A DNA stretch of 64,000 nt. It comes from Candidatus Zixiibacteriota bacterium. Its GTDB lineage: Bacteria; Zixibacteria; MSB-5A5; GN15; FEB-12. The position numbers and the translations under genes were made by a program. The DNA lies in the NCBI GenBank assembly GCA_034003725.1, contig JAVEYB010000002.1, forward strand, positions 265,392 through 329,391. Direction: 5' to 3'. How positions within the stretch are numbered: the stretch's first letter is position 1; every line of letters starts with the position of its first letter. The notes beneath the pieces are model-generated. The model made no database searches. It was not told where the DNA came from and worked only from the letters and a program-made list of their open reading frames with translations. Shown in pieces: positions 51,422-58,571 of this stretch.

Positions 51422-53095
51422 ATGAAAACGAAACTTGTGATAGTAGCGCTGTTTGCAGCCGTGTGCCTGTCGAACGCTCAGGTACTCGCCCTCGGGCGAC
51501 TACTAATCATCACGAACGAAGAGATGAAGCCTGCGTTCGAGCACTATTCAGAATGGAAGTCGCTGTTCGGCATCCCTGCCGATATCGTCACGGTCGAATA
51601 CATCCAGACATCGTACGCCGGGGACAGCCTTCAAGTGAAGATCAGAGAGTGCCTGCGTGACTACCACAACAACCACCAGTCGGACTGGGCTATCCTCGGC
51701 GGAGATATCGACATTATCCCTCACATGATCGTTAATTCTCTCAGGGCGCATCCCGCCGGTGACACGTACTATACCAATCTGGACGGCGACTGGAACGCTA
51801 ACGGCAACGATCTTTTCGGAGAACCCCCGGGATACGGCGACCAGACGGACTATGAGCCGGATATTTTCGTCGCGCGCATCCCGTGTGTGGACAGCACCCA
51901 GGCAGCGACCGTTATTCGGAAGCTGGTCGAATACCAGTCCTGCCCGGCCGACACCAACTACCAGAATGAGGTGCTTCTGATGGGAACTCGCGTGATCGTG
52001 TCGATAGACAAGTCCGAAGACTTCTATCACCCGGTCGAAACAGAATATTTTCTGGACACCCTCATCCCCCATCTCCCAGCGAATCTCAACAGAACAAGAC
52101 TCTTCGAAGAGGCGTCACAGACCGTGAAGACGGAGTTGAGCGCCGGGTATGGCTTGATCGTCAACAACAGCCAGGCTCAATGGGCGGGCAACTTCCTCAC
52201 GCACTGGACTACCACCCCGTGGCATCGAGACGCCATTGAGTTCCCGTTTATGGCAGACTCCATGATGAACACTGGGAAATACAGCGTGTTTTTCAACTCG
52301 ACCTGCCTCAACAACTGCCTCTCCTCAACCGCTGCCATCGGCCGGCATTTTATGCTGAACCCGAATGGCGGCGGCGTTGCTTACATCGGGTCAAGCAATC
52401 TGGACTGGTTGGCCGCCAGCTACCCGGATTTCTGTTACGACATGATGGACTTGATGTTCGAGGACGGGTACGAAATCGGCAAAGCGTTCGCACTGGCAAA
52501 AGCTGCGCTGACACCCTCAGATGCCTGGCTTGACAACTACCGTCGGTTCGCCTACCACGCCTATATGCTGCTTGGAGATCCCCAGCTCAGCGTGTTCTCT
52601 GATGTCCCAAAAACACTGCGCAGCTCGCTCTCGATTCCACTTACGCCCGGCCAGATGACCTTTGTCGTGGCCGTGATATCGGACTCGGGCGAATCGGTGG
52701 CTGGCGCAACCGTATGCCTGACCCAGGACAGCACGGTATATGTAACCAGGCAGACCGATGGACTCGGGATCGCTACCTTCAGCGATGTTCTCTTTGAACA
52801 TGAAGGACTTGCGACAATCGGCATGATGAAGAGCGGCTACCTGATGCATCTCGATTCCGTGTTCGTAGGCGCCTGCTGTCTTGGTGTCCGGGGCAATGTA
52901 AACGGCGACCAACAGGATATCTGCGATCTAGCAGACCTTATGTTCCTTGTCAACTACCTCTTGCAAGGCGGGGCCGCACCTGAATGCTTTGACGAAGCAG
53001 ATCTCAACGCCGACGGTTCCATTGATTTGAGTGACGAGATTTACCTCACGAATTATTTGTTCCTGGGTGGTCAGGTACCTTACGATTGCCAGTAA
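51422..53095 (+). CDS. peptidase C25 (gingipain)-like secreted protein with double dockerin-like C-terminus
   Basis: AGGGAGGA SD and signal peptide MKTKLVIVALFAAVCLSNAQ. The C25 pattern is LLIITNEE...W.SLFGI...WAILGGDIDIIP...YTNLDGDW...EPDIFVARIP...VIRKLVEYQ. The candidate dyad is His261 (LTHW) and Cys295 (NSTCLNN), 34 residues apart. The C-terminus is CCLGVRGNVNGD..CDLADLMFLVNYLLQGG..P.C...LNADGSIDLSDEIYLTNYLFLGG. Confidence 0.86.
   Translation: MKTKLVIVALFAAVCLSNAQVLALGRLLIITNEEMKPAFEHYSEWKSLFGIPADIVTVEYIQTSYAGDSLQVKIRECLRDYHNNHQSDWAILGGDIDIIPHMIVNSLRAHPAGDTYYTNLDGDWNANGNDLFGEPPGYGDQTDYEPDIFVARIPCVDSTQAATVIRKLVEYQSCPADTNYQNEVLLMGTRVIVSIDKSEDFYHPVETEYFLDTLIPHLPANLNRTRLFEEASQTVKTELSAGYGLIVNNSQAQWAGNFLTHWTTTPWHRDAIEFPFMADSMMNTGKYSVFFNSTCLNNCLSSTAAIGRHFMLNPNGGGVAYIGSSNLDWLAASYPDFCYDMMDLMFEDGYEIGKAFALAKAALTPSDAWLDNYRRFAYHAYMLLGDPQLSVFSDVPKTLRSSLSIPLTPGQMTFVVAVISDSGESVAGATVCLTQDSTVYVTRQTDGLGIATFSDVLFEHEGLATIGMMKSGYLMHLDSVFVGACCLGVRGNVNGDQQDICDLADLMFLVNYLLQGGAAPECFDEADLNADGSIDLSDEIYLTNYLFLGGQVPYDCQ
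52874..53092 (+). other. CC-framed double dockerin-like C-terminal module, copy 3
   Basis: See 21065..21298 and 31203..31439. Confidence 0.6.
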
Positions 53096-53122
53096 CCCCT
53101 TAATTGCAAATATCTTACAGCG

Positions 53123-53151
53123 ATAGACGTCGCCGTCCCGGTGGCGTCTAT
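53123..53151 (+). terminator. hairpin downstream of the C25-like gene (possible terminator)
   Basis: ATAGACGTCGCC / GGTGGCGTCTAT form a 12-bp stem with two G-U pairs and a 5-nt loop (GTCCC). It is followed by TCCATTT, a weak T-tract. Confidence 0.4.
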
Positions 53152-53261
53152 TCCATTTATGGTGAATTTGAGACTCTTTGATCGCTATTCTGAATCAAAA
53201 GGGGTATATTTTCATCTAAAGATTGACCGATATCGACGAAGACGGCAATTTGAGGACTACT

Positions 53262-53591
53262 ATGCTAAACGTTTCCGACAAGGCCAGCCAGGAGCTCAAG
53301 ACATTCCTGGCGTCCGATAAAGGCAAGGGCAACCACCTTGTCATTTACTTCCAGGGCATGGGCTGAGGGGGCCCCAGTTTGGGGTTGGCTCTGGATGAGT
53401 CAGTGGATGGATTAGAAAAGCTCGAACACAACGGTATCGAGACGTATATTGAGGCCGGGCTGAAGGAGTTCCTGAAGCAGTTCGACGAAATCTCGATCGA
53501 TCATGTTACGATCGGGGGTCGTACGGGATTCGTCGTACGAGTCGGCGCGGGTTGCGACAGCGGCAGTTGCTCGTCCGGAACCTGCGGCTGA
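53262..53591 (+). CDS. HesB/IscA-like protein with in-frame TGA at codon 35 (candidate selenocysteine form)
   Basis: ATG 53262 follows a GAGGA SD. Sequence: MLNVSDKASQELKTFLASDKGKGNHLVIYFQGMG-[TGA 53364..53366]-GGPSLGLALDESVDGLEKLEHNGIETYIEAGLKEFLKQFDEISIDHVTIGGRTGFVVRVGAGCDSGSCSSGTCG. It aligns without gaps to the 47621..47956 paralog through residue 95 (the Cys-rich tails differ by 2 residues), and the TGA falls on that paralog's Cys35. The track lists only the 70-aa tail (53379..53591). Confidence 0.7.
53370..53386 (+). promoter_or_regulatory. candidate bacterial SECIS-like hairpin immediately 3' of the TGA
   Basis: GGCCCC (53370..53375) pairs with GGGGUU (53381..53386) through 4 G-C and 2 G-U pairs. 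The apical loop is AGUUU. The stem starts 4 nt after the UGA. Confidence 0.3.
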
Positions 53592-53619
53592 TATTAAACT
53601 GATAACGTGAACAAACACC

Positions 53620-53654
53620 CAGGCGGGTCGACCGCGGTCGTACCCGCCTGTTTT
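53620..53654 (+). terminator. rho-independent terminator of the TGA-containing hesB-like gene
   Basis: CAGGCGGGT (53620..53628) pairs with ACCCGCCTG (53642..53650), a 9-bp GC-rich stem, followed by TTTT. Confidence 0.6.
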
Positions 53655-53674
53655 GTGTCAGGGGCAAATCAATC

Positions 53675-53702
53675 TTGACTTGCCCGATCTTTGTGTTACT
53701 TT
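53675..53702 (+). promoter_or_regulatory. candidate promoter for tRNA-His
   Basis: TTGACT (53675..53680), a 16-nt spacer, then TACTTT (53697..53702). It lies about 12 nt upstream of the tRNA. Confidence 0.35.
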
Positions 53703-53713
53703 TGGTCTCGCCA

Positions 53714-53788
53714 TGCCGGGGTAGCTCAGTTGGTTAGAGCACCAGATTGTGGATCTGGGGGTCGAGCGTTCGAGCCGCTCCCCCGGTA
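53714..53788 (+). tRNA. tRNA-His (anticodon GTG)
   Basis: GCCGGGG TA GCTC AGTTGGTTA GAGC A CCAGA TTGTGGA TCTGG GGGGTC GAGCG TTCGAGC CGCTC CCCCGGT A. Position -1 is T rather than G, the discriminator is A, and there is a G1-U72 wobble. Confidence 0.85.
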
Positions 53789-54073
53789 TTTTCTCTTAAT
53801 GTCTCCGTAACAACCAGACGCGTCAGGATCCGACCGGAAGCGGTCCGGTTGTGTCACACCTGACTAAGCCGGCTGCAATCGTCCGCATCGCATTACGGTG
53901 CCGATTCTGTGCGTCCGCATGATCCTTTCGTGAAATCAGCTTCTTCGGCCCCATACGACGCGTGTTGCATTGCAAGCACTTCGCACTTCGGCACCGAACT
54001 TGCATTCTTCCCGGTTCACACGCGGAACGGGGGCACATCATGTGACAGCCTTCGACGCAGGGAGGTACCGAAG

Positions 54074-54682
54074 ATGAAACACGCGCTGCGCGCACTCATC
54101 GCCGGAATGATCATCCTCCTCGTTGGCCCGGGTTCGGACATCGTCGCATTTCCACTGACAACTATCGACTTTGATGATCTTTCCGACGGAACGTTGGTCA
54201 GTGACCAGTATGCCGCGCTCGGTATCACGTTTGCCGGATATGACATATTCGGCTCACGCGATATACGATCGGGCTATTTCGGAGGACCGTCGGGCACAAT
54301 CGTGCTCGATTCGTATTGTAACGGCGGGGGGTATATCCAGGCCACGTTTACCGGACCGGTCGACTTCGTGTCAGTCGACTTCCAGCTCTTCGAGGGCGAT
54401 GATCCGTTGACACTCGAACTGTACAATGCGGCCGGGGAAATCGTAGTCAGCCGGACGGTTTTCGGGCTCGATGATCAGTGGTACACGCTGACGGCGCGAT
54501 CTGCCGCCCAGGACGTAGCCTTCGCCCGATTCTATGGATTCGGCGACGACGGAGTAAACGCCGTGTACAACGACAACATCTCATTCGGAAACTCTGCCGT
54601 CATACCGGAGCCCGCCACATTTGGACTGGTCGGCCTGGGGTTGTTGTCGCTCGCCGTAGTACGACGGCAGCATCGGCGATAG
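54074..54682 (+). CDS. PEP-CTERM sorting-domain protein
   Basis: GGAGG SD and ATG 54074 (MKHALRALIAGMIILLVGPG). The C-terminus VIPEPATFGLVGLGLLSLAVVRRQHRR has the PEP motif, a TM helix and a basic tail. The ORF opens at 53909. Confidence 0.85.
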   Translation: MKHALRALIAGMIILLVGPGSDIVAFPLTTIDFDDLSDGTLVSDQYAALGITFAGYDIFGSRDIRSGYFGGPSGTIVLDSYCNGGGYIQATFTGPVDFVSVDFQLFEGDDPLTLELYNAAGEIVVSRTVFGLDDQWYTLTARSAAQDVAFARFYGFGDDGVNAVYNDNISFGNSAVIPEPATFGLVGLGLLSLAVVRRQHRR

Positions 54683-54799
54683 TGGCCGAGTCGCTCCTGA
54701 TCCGCAGTGTGACCGGCGGAACCAGACGGATGGTTCCGCCTGCTTTTTTGAGGAATCAGCTGTCGGTACTGGTGTGGCGAATGACTGGCGGTCACGTGC

Positions 54800-55177
54800 T
54801 CAACGTCCGGTGGCCCCGGGGTAGACATCATCGGGGCCCGCCTCCCGGCGCCGTTCCTGCCACTGGTCGAACAGGCGGCCTTTGCGAAGTCCCTGCAAGC
54901 GGGCTTTCTGACGGGCCTCCTGAATCGGCTGATTGGGGCGCAGGGGAAGGTCGCACAATCCCTGCAGCGCCATTACCTGCTCGCGCTCGCCTTCCCGGCG
55001 GCGGAAATGAATGATGTTGAATTCCAGGTCCGGGAGGTCGTCCTCGTCCTCCGGCAGGAATATCGACCACAGCTCGCGAGGCAGACCGTCCAGCATCAGT
55101 TGGATGTTGTCATAGTGGTACAGTGCTTCGTCCACGTCGTAGTTCATTGCCGACTCGATGACTTGGAGACCGGACAC
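54800..55177 (-). CDS. hypothetical protein (acidic N-half, basic C-half)
   Basis: 125 aa with a GTG start; ATG 55147 is an alternative. No family was recognised. It lies downstream of the signalling gene on the same strand. Confidence 0.5.
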   Translation of the reverse strand: MSGLQVIESAMNYDVDEALYHYDNIQLMLDGLPRELWSIFLPEDEDDLPDLEFNIIHFRRREGEREQVMALQGLCDLPLRPNQPIQEARQKARLQGLRKGRLFDQWQERRREAGPDDVYPGATGR

Positions 55178-55311
55178 GGCCCGTCCAGTATGGGCATTGT
55201 GTGTCCTTATTATCCATTTTACTCATTAGAGAACGCAGGCCCGAGCCGCTAAGTTCCGGATTTTTGATCGGAGAAGTGATGACTTTCCGGCGGAACGCCG
55301 GCACGGGACGG

Positions 55312-57426
55312 TCAGAACAGGTGCCGGGCGATTTCGTCTTTGCGGCGGCAACCCTCGATCAGGATCGCTTCGTTGGACAGGAAGTTATTGGGCTGGCTCA
55401 CGTTACCGTCGAGAATCGGCTCCACCGACCAGCTGCCGCGCTCCCAGGTCATGCCGATATAAATGGCGTCTGCGCCCTCGAGCGCACCCAACTTGGCCCA
55501 GACGATATTGCCGTGATCCAGACAGATTTCCAGGCGCTCCCTGCTCGGCGATTCCGGAGTGACGGTGATGCGGGTGGTCTTGCGGCTTGGCCCGAGTGCC
55601 TGCAGCAGATCGATCAGGTTCATGTCATTGAGGCTGCCGCGGGACTGTAGATGACCGTTCTCGCCGTCACGGTCCTGCTCGGGAAGTCTTTCTTTCTGAT
55701 TCCATGCCTTCTTGATCTTGAGGGCGACCATATCCAGACTGGAGTCATTGTCGATGATGTCTTCTATGCCTTCCTCGAGTAGCGACGTAAGGTGCGGCAT
55801 GACACTTCCCCGCGCGATCAAAAACGTGGGTACGGACTTGAAGTCAATCCCCAAGCGGACCAGGTCGTTGACTTGTGAAATGATTTCGCGCGGGTGCGCC
55901 TGAAGATACAAAACAAGAACATCGGGTACGCTGCGCCGGTACAACTGCAAGAACAGCTCCCGCAGGTCGCAGCTGATCGTGCGAAATGACTCCGCCCTGA
56001 GGCGCAGTTCGAGCGGCTCGGTTGCCGTCGCATCATCGGTGAAAATCATGATCTGCCCGAGCCGGGAAAACATCGGCGAGTTCAGCACCTCTTCCCGGAT
56101 CAGGGCAACGAATGCGACAAGCACGTCGGGTAATACCAGCCGGCCGACGTGAGCCTCAAGCGCGGTGCGAATGGCCTCGAACCGCTCCAGCGTGAGTCTC
56201 TGGTTCGGTACGACCTGCTCGTGGAACATGTCAACGATAGTCAGAATGTTTCCGCCGATCGCCTGCACCGGCAGGTCGCTTTGCTGCCATGCCGACAGGT
56301 CGAGGTACATGCAACGGAGCATGTCCAGGGCGTCGGGTTTGTAGTAGACCGACTGCAGGATCTTCGTTGCGAGACTGAGCAGTCTTCGCAGGCTGCGCGG
56401 ACCGGTCGCCATGTTGTACAGCTTGGCGCGGTCGAGCAGATGGCACGCCTCGATGAGGCTTCGGCGCTGGCTCTCGTTGAGATTCAGGCGGACGGCAAGG
56501 CGGTCGGCATAGTGGGTTGTTTTCGCGCTGTACGAAGTCGGCTGGCGGTCCTTGATCGTGAGAAGTGAGGTAAACAGTTCGAGATCATGATGGAGCGGAT
56601 CATTGGGGTACAAGGCCGTGTCGTTCTCGAGGATCAGGTCGGCGATCGTATCGAAGCAGCGCAGGCGCGGGGCGCGCTGCAGGTCTCCGAGGTGCTGGAG
56701 CAGATCGGCGCCCTCCCCCTTCCCCGTGTCGTGCACGAGAACGATCGCGTAGTCACCCCCGGCCAGGAGCTTGCGGGCTTTCTCCACCGACTCGGCGTGC
56801 TGGACCTTGTAGGTGCTCCGTTCGAGCAGGAGCTTTATTACCGACGCGTAGCTGGTGTCGCCGGTGACGAGCAAAACGGTTCCTTCCTCCGGATTTCGCC
56901 GTGCCAGCTCGTAGGTGTATCCGCCGGCCAGTGAGGCGCCCCGGTGCTCGCCGATGAAGCCCGATTCTGAGGCGTGGTCGCCGCCATAGTACCGGCTTAT
57001 GGCAAGGTTCAAAGACAGTTCGACAGCCACGCAGAGCCTGATCGTGCGACCGGGCACGAGCGCGTGCAGTTCATCGAGCAGCGCCCCATCGCGTGGATTC
57101 TCGCAGGCCACCGTCAGTGTGTTGGTTTTTTCGTCGAACGCACAGGGAATGATCTTGCGGGTAAACGCCACGCTCGCCGGCAGCATTGCGATTATAGGTT
57201 GAGGGATATCCAGTCCGGAGAGTTGAACGCCTTTGCACTCGAGTTGTTTTTCGAGTGCCGCCACCAGCTCGCCCTCGCTGACAAAACCGTGATGGAGCAG
57301 ATGAGAGCCGAATTTCCCGCCGAATGTCTTCTGGTGCTTGAGGGCAATTCGAATTTGCTCGTCCGACAGCTGCTGCTTATCGGCCAGGATTTCATCGAGG
57401 CGAGGACGATGGTTGGCTGAAGTCAT
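55312..57426 (-). CDS. multidomain signalling protein: T2SSE_N/MshEN-like N-domain, REC-like domains, C-terminal DUF4388
   Basis: The N-terminus RLDEILADKQQLSDEQIRIALKHQ...GELVAALEKQL...LTVACENPRD follows the GspE/MshE N-domain pattern. VLLVTGDTSYASVIKLLL...YAIVLVHD is REC-like. The C-terminus GSLNDMNLIDLLQALGPSRKTTRITV...GNIVWAKLG...A....MTWERGSWSVEP matches the DUF4388 pattern. Start taken at ATG 57426; GTG 57474 is possible. Confidence 0.82.
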   Translation of the reverse strand: MTSANHRPRLDEILADKQQLSDEQIRIALKHQKTFGGKFGSHLLHHGFVSEGELVAALEKQLECKGVQLSGLDIPQPIIAMLPASVAFTRKIIPCAFDEKTNTLTVACENPRDGALLDELHALVPGRTIRLCVAVELSLNLAISRYYGGDHASESGFIGEHRGASLAGGYTYELARRNPEEGTVLLVTGDTSYASVIKLLLERSTYKVQHAESVEKARKLLAGGDYAIVLVHDTGKGEGADLLQHLGDLQRAPRLRCFDTIADLILENDTALYPNDPLHHDLELFTSLLTIKDRQPTSYSAKTTHYADRLAVRLNLNESQRRSLIEACHLLDRAKLYNMATGPRSLRRLLSLATKILQSVYYKPDALDMLRCMYLDLSAWQQSDLPVQAIGGNILTIVDMFHEQVVPNQRLTLERFEAIRTALEAHVGRLVLPDVLVAFVALIREEVLNSPMFSRLGQIMIFTDDATATEPLELRLRAESFRTISCDLRELFLQLYRRSVPDVLVLYLQAHPREIISQVNDLVRLGIDFKSVPTFLIARGSVMPHLTSLLEEGIEDIIDNDSSLDMVALKIKKAWNQKERLPEQDRDGENGHLQSRGSLNDMNLIDLLQALGPSRKTTRITVTPESPSRERLEICLDHGNIVWAKLGALEGADAIYIGMTWERGSWSVEPILDGNVSQPNNFLSNEAILIEGCRRKDEIARHLF

Positions 57427-57590
57427 AGCGCTTTCATCACTTCTTTGGCGTTCGGCGGGGCGCTGGACCCTCACAGGGTCAAACCGCGCGAGCCCCGTCT
57501 ACACTAGTATCGGTCGATCCGGTACGGTCATAACCGCGGTTACCCCCGGATACTGCGCATGATTTGCACAATAGCATCGGAGAAAGACTT

Positions 57591-57956
57591 TCACCGTGGT
57601 GGATGCGGCGCCGGCCTCGTCTCGGGGGATTCGCGAACCAGGCGTTCATATACCGCGCGGTCGCCGGCGGGCATGGCAACGATAAACAGCCCTGTTTCAA
57701 ACCAGTCGCTTTTTTCATTGTGACGACCCCAGCGACTCTCGGCGTCGAGCAGTACCTCAGACCTCCCGTCTACGGGACGCGGCAGGGTCATCCGACAGCG
57801 CAGGAGATGAGGGATCGGTATCTGCTCCGCGCTCATGATGAGCAGCCCGTTTTCAGAGAAGTTCAGGACACGGCCTATGGCCTCCCCCGATTCCCGATCG
57901 AAAAGCACGTAATAGTCGCTTGTCCAGCGTCGGTCATTCCGTCTGAGGTCTTTCAT
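57591..57956 (-). CDS. PilZ-domain protein
   Basis: 121 aa with RRNDRRW (RxxxR) and VLNFSENGLLI (D/NxSxxG), which are c-di-GMP-binding PilZ motifs. Confidence 0.78.
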   Translation of the reverse strand: MKDLRRNDRRWTSDYYVLFDRESGEAIGRVLNFSENGLLIMSAEQIPIPHLLRCRMTLPRPVDGRSEVLLDAESRWGRHNEKSDWFETGLFIVAMPAGDRAVYERLVRESPETRPAPHPPR

Positions 57957-58076
57957 GTGAGTGCGGCCACCCCGTTTTGCAGCAGTTGATCTGCATATAC
58001 TGATTATCGGCCATTGAGACCACGTAATTGAGCGGCGCCTCCATGATTGGGCATAAAGCCGCCAGCCGGGAGAGGT

Positions 58077-58571
58077 TTATCGAACGAGGTCGCCGGGCAG
58101 AGGACCGGTCAGCGATCGAGCCATCACGACCGTCTCGCGCTTGTATGGGATAGGACCAATAACCGAAGAGTCTACGTACTCGAAGCCACACGACAGATAC
58201 AGGTGGTTCGCGGTCTCGAGGATCCTGCTGGTTCCCAACACAAGGCTCTCCGCTCCGAGTTCTCGCGCCCGTTGGCAGGCCGCTTCGACCAGCTTCCGGC
58301 CGACCCCTCTCCCCTGACAGGATTCGTCCACAGCCATCTTGGTCAGCTCGTACTTCTTTTCCGTGTGCTTGAGCAGGGCACAGGTGCCGACGATCTGACC
58401 CTCGAACCTGGCAAACAGGACACACCCACCGAGCCGAATAACCTGCCCCAACGGATCGTTCAACACGATCCGGTCATACGGCTCGATCTCGAAATATCGT
58501 TCCAGCCAGGAGTAGTTCAGGTCGCGAAAGTATCGGGCCAGCTTTGGGCGGAAATCGACTATCTCCACCAC
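58077..58571 (-). CDS. GNAT-family N-acetyltransferase
   Basis: QIVGTCALL...LTKMAVDESCQGRGVGRKLVEAACQRARELG...ANHLYLSCGFEYV. I prefer GTG 58571 (about 165 aa). The track start (TTG 58706) lies only 5 nt from the upstream gene's terminator T-run. Confidence 0.78.
   Translation of the reverse strand: MVEIVDFRPKLARYFRDLNYSWLERYFEIEPYDRIVLNDPLGQVIRLGGCVLFARFEGQIVGTCALLKHTEKKYELTKMAVDESCQGRGVGRKLVEAACQRARELGAESLVLGTSRILETANHLYLSCGFEYVDSSVIGPIPYKRETVVMARSLTGPLPGDLVR

Noticed and set aside
52141-52310. The possibility that the C25-like protein is a pseudo-protease lacking the catalytic His. A first alignment put NSQ where gingipains have GHG.
   Set aside because: An alternative register places His261 (LTHW) 34 residues before Cys295, close to the 33-residue spacing I recall for the RgpB dyad, so loss of the dyad cannot be claimed by eye.
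47957-53261. The idea that the cassette is a mobile element integrated at tRNA-His.
   Set aside because: There is no integrase, recombinase or transposase gene, no repeat of the tRNA-His 3' half on the far side, and no inverted terminal repeats visible. Only the compositional shift and location support foreign origin.
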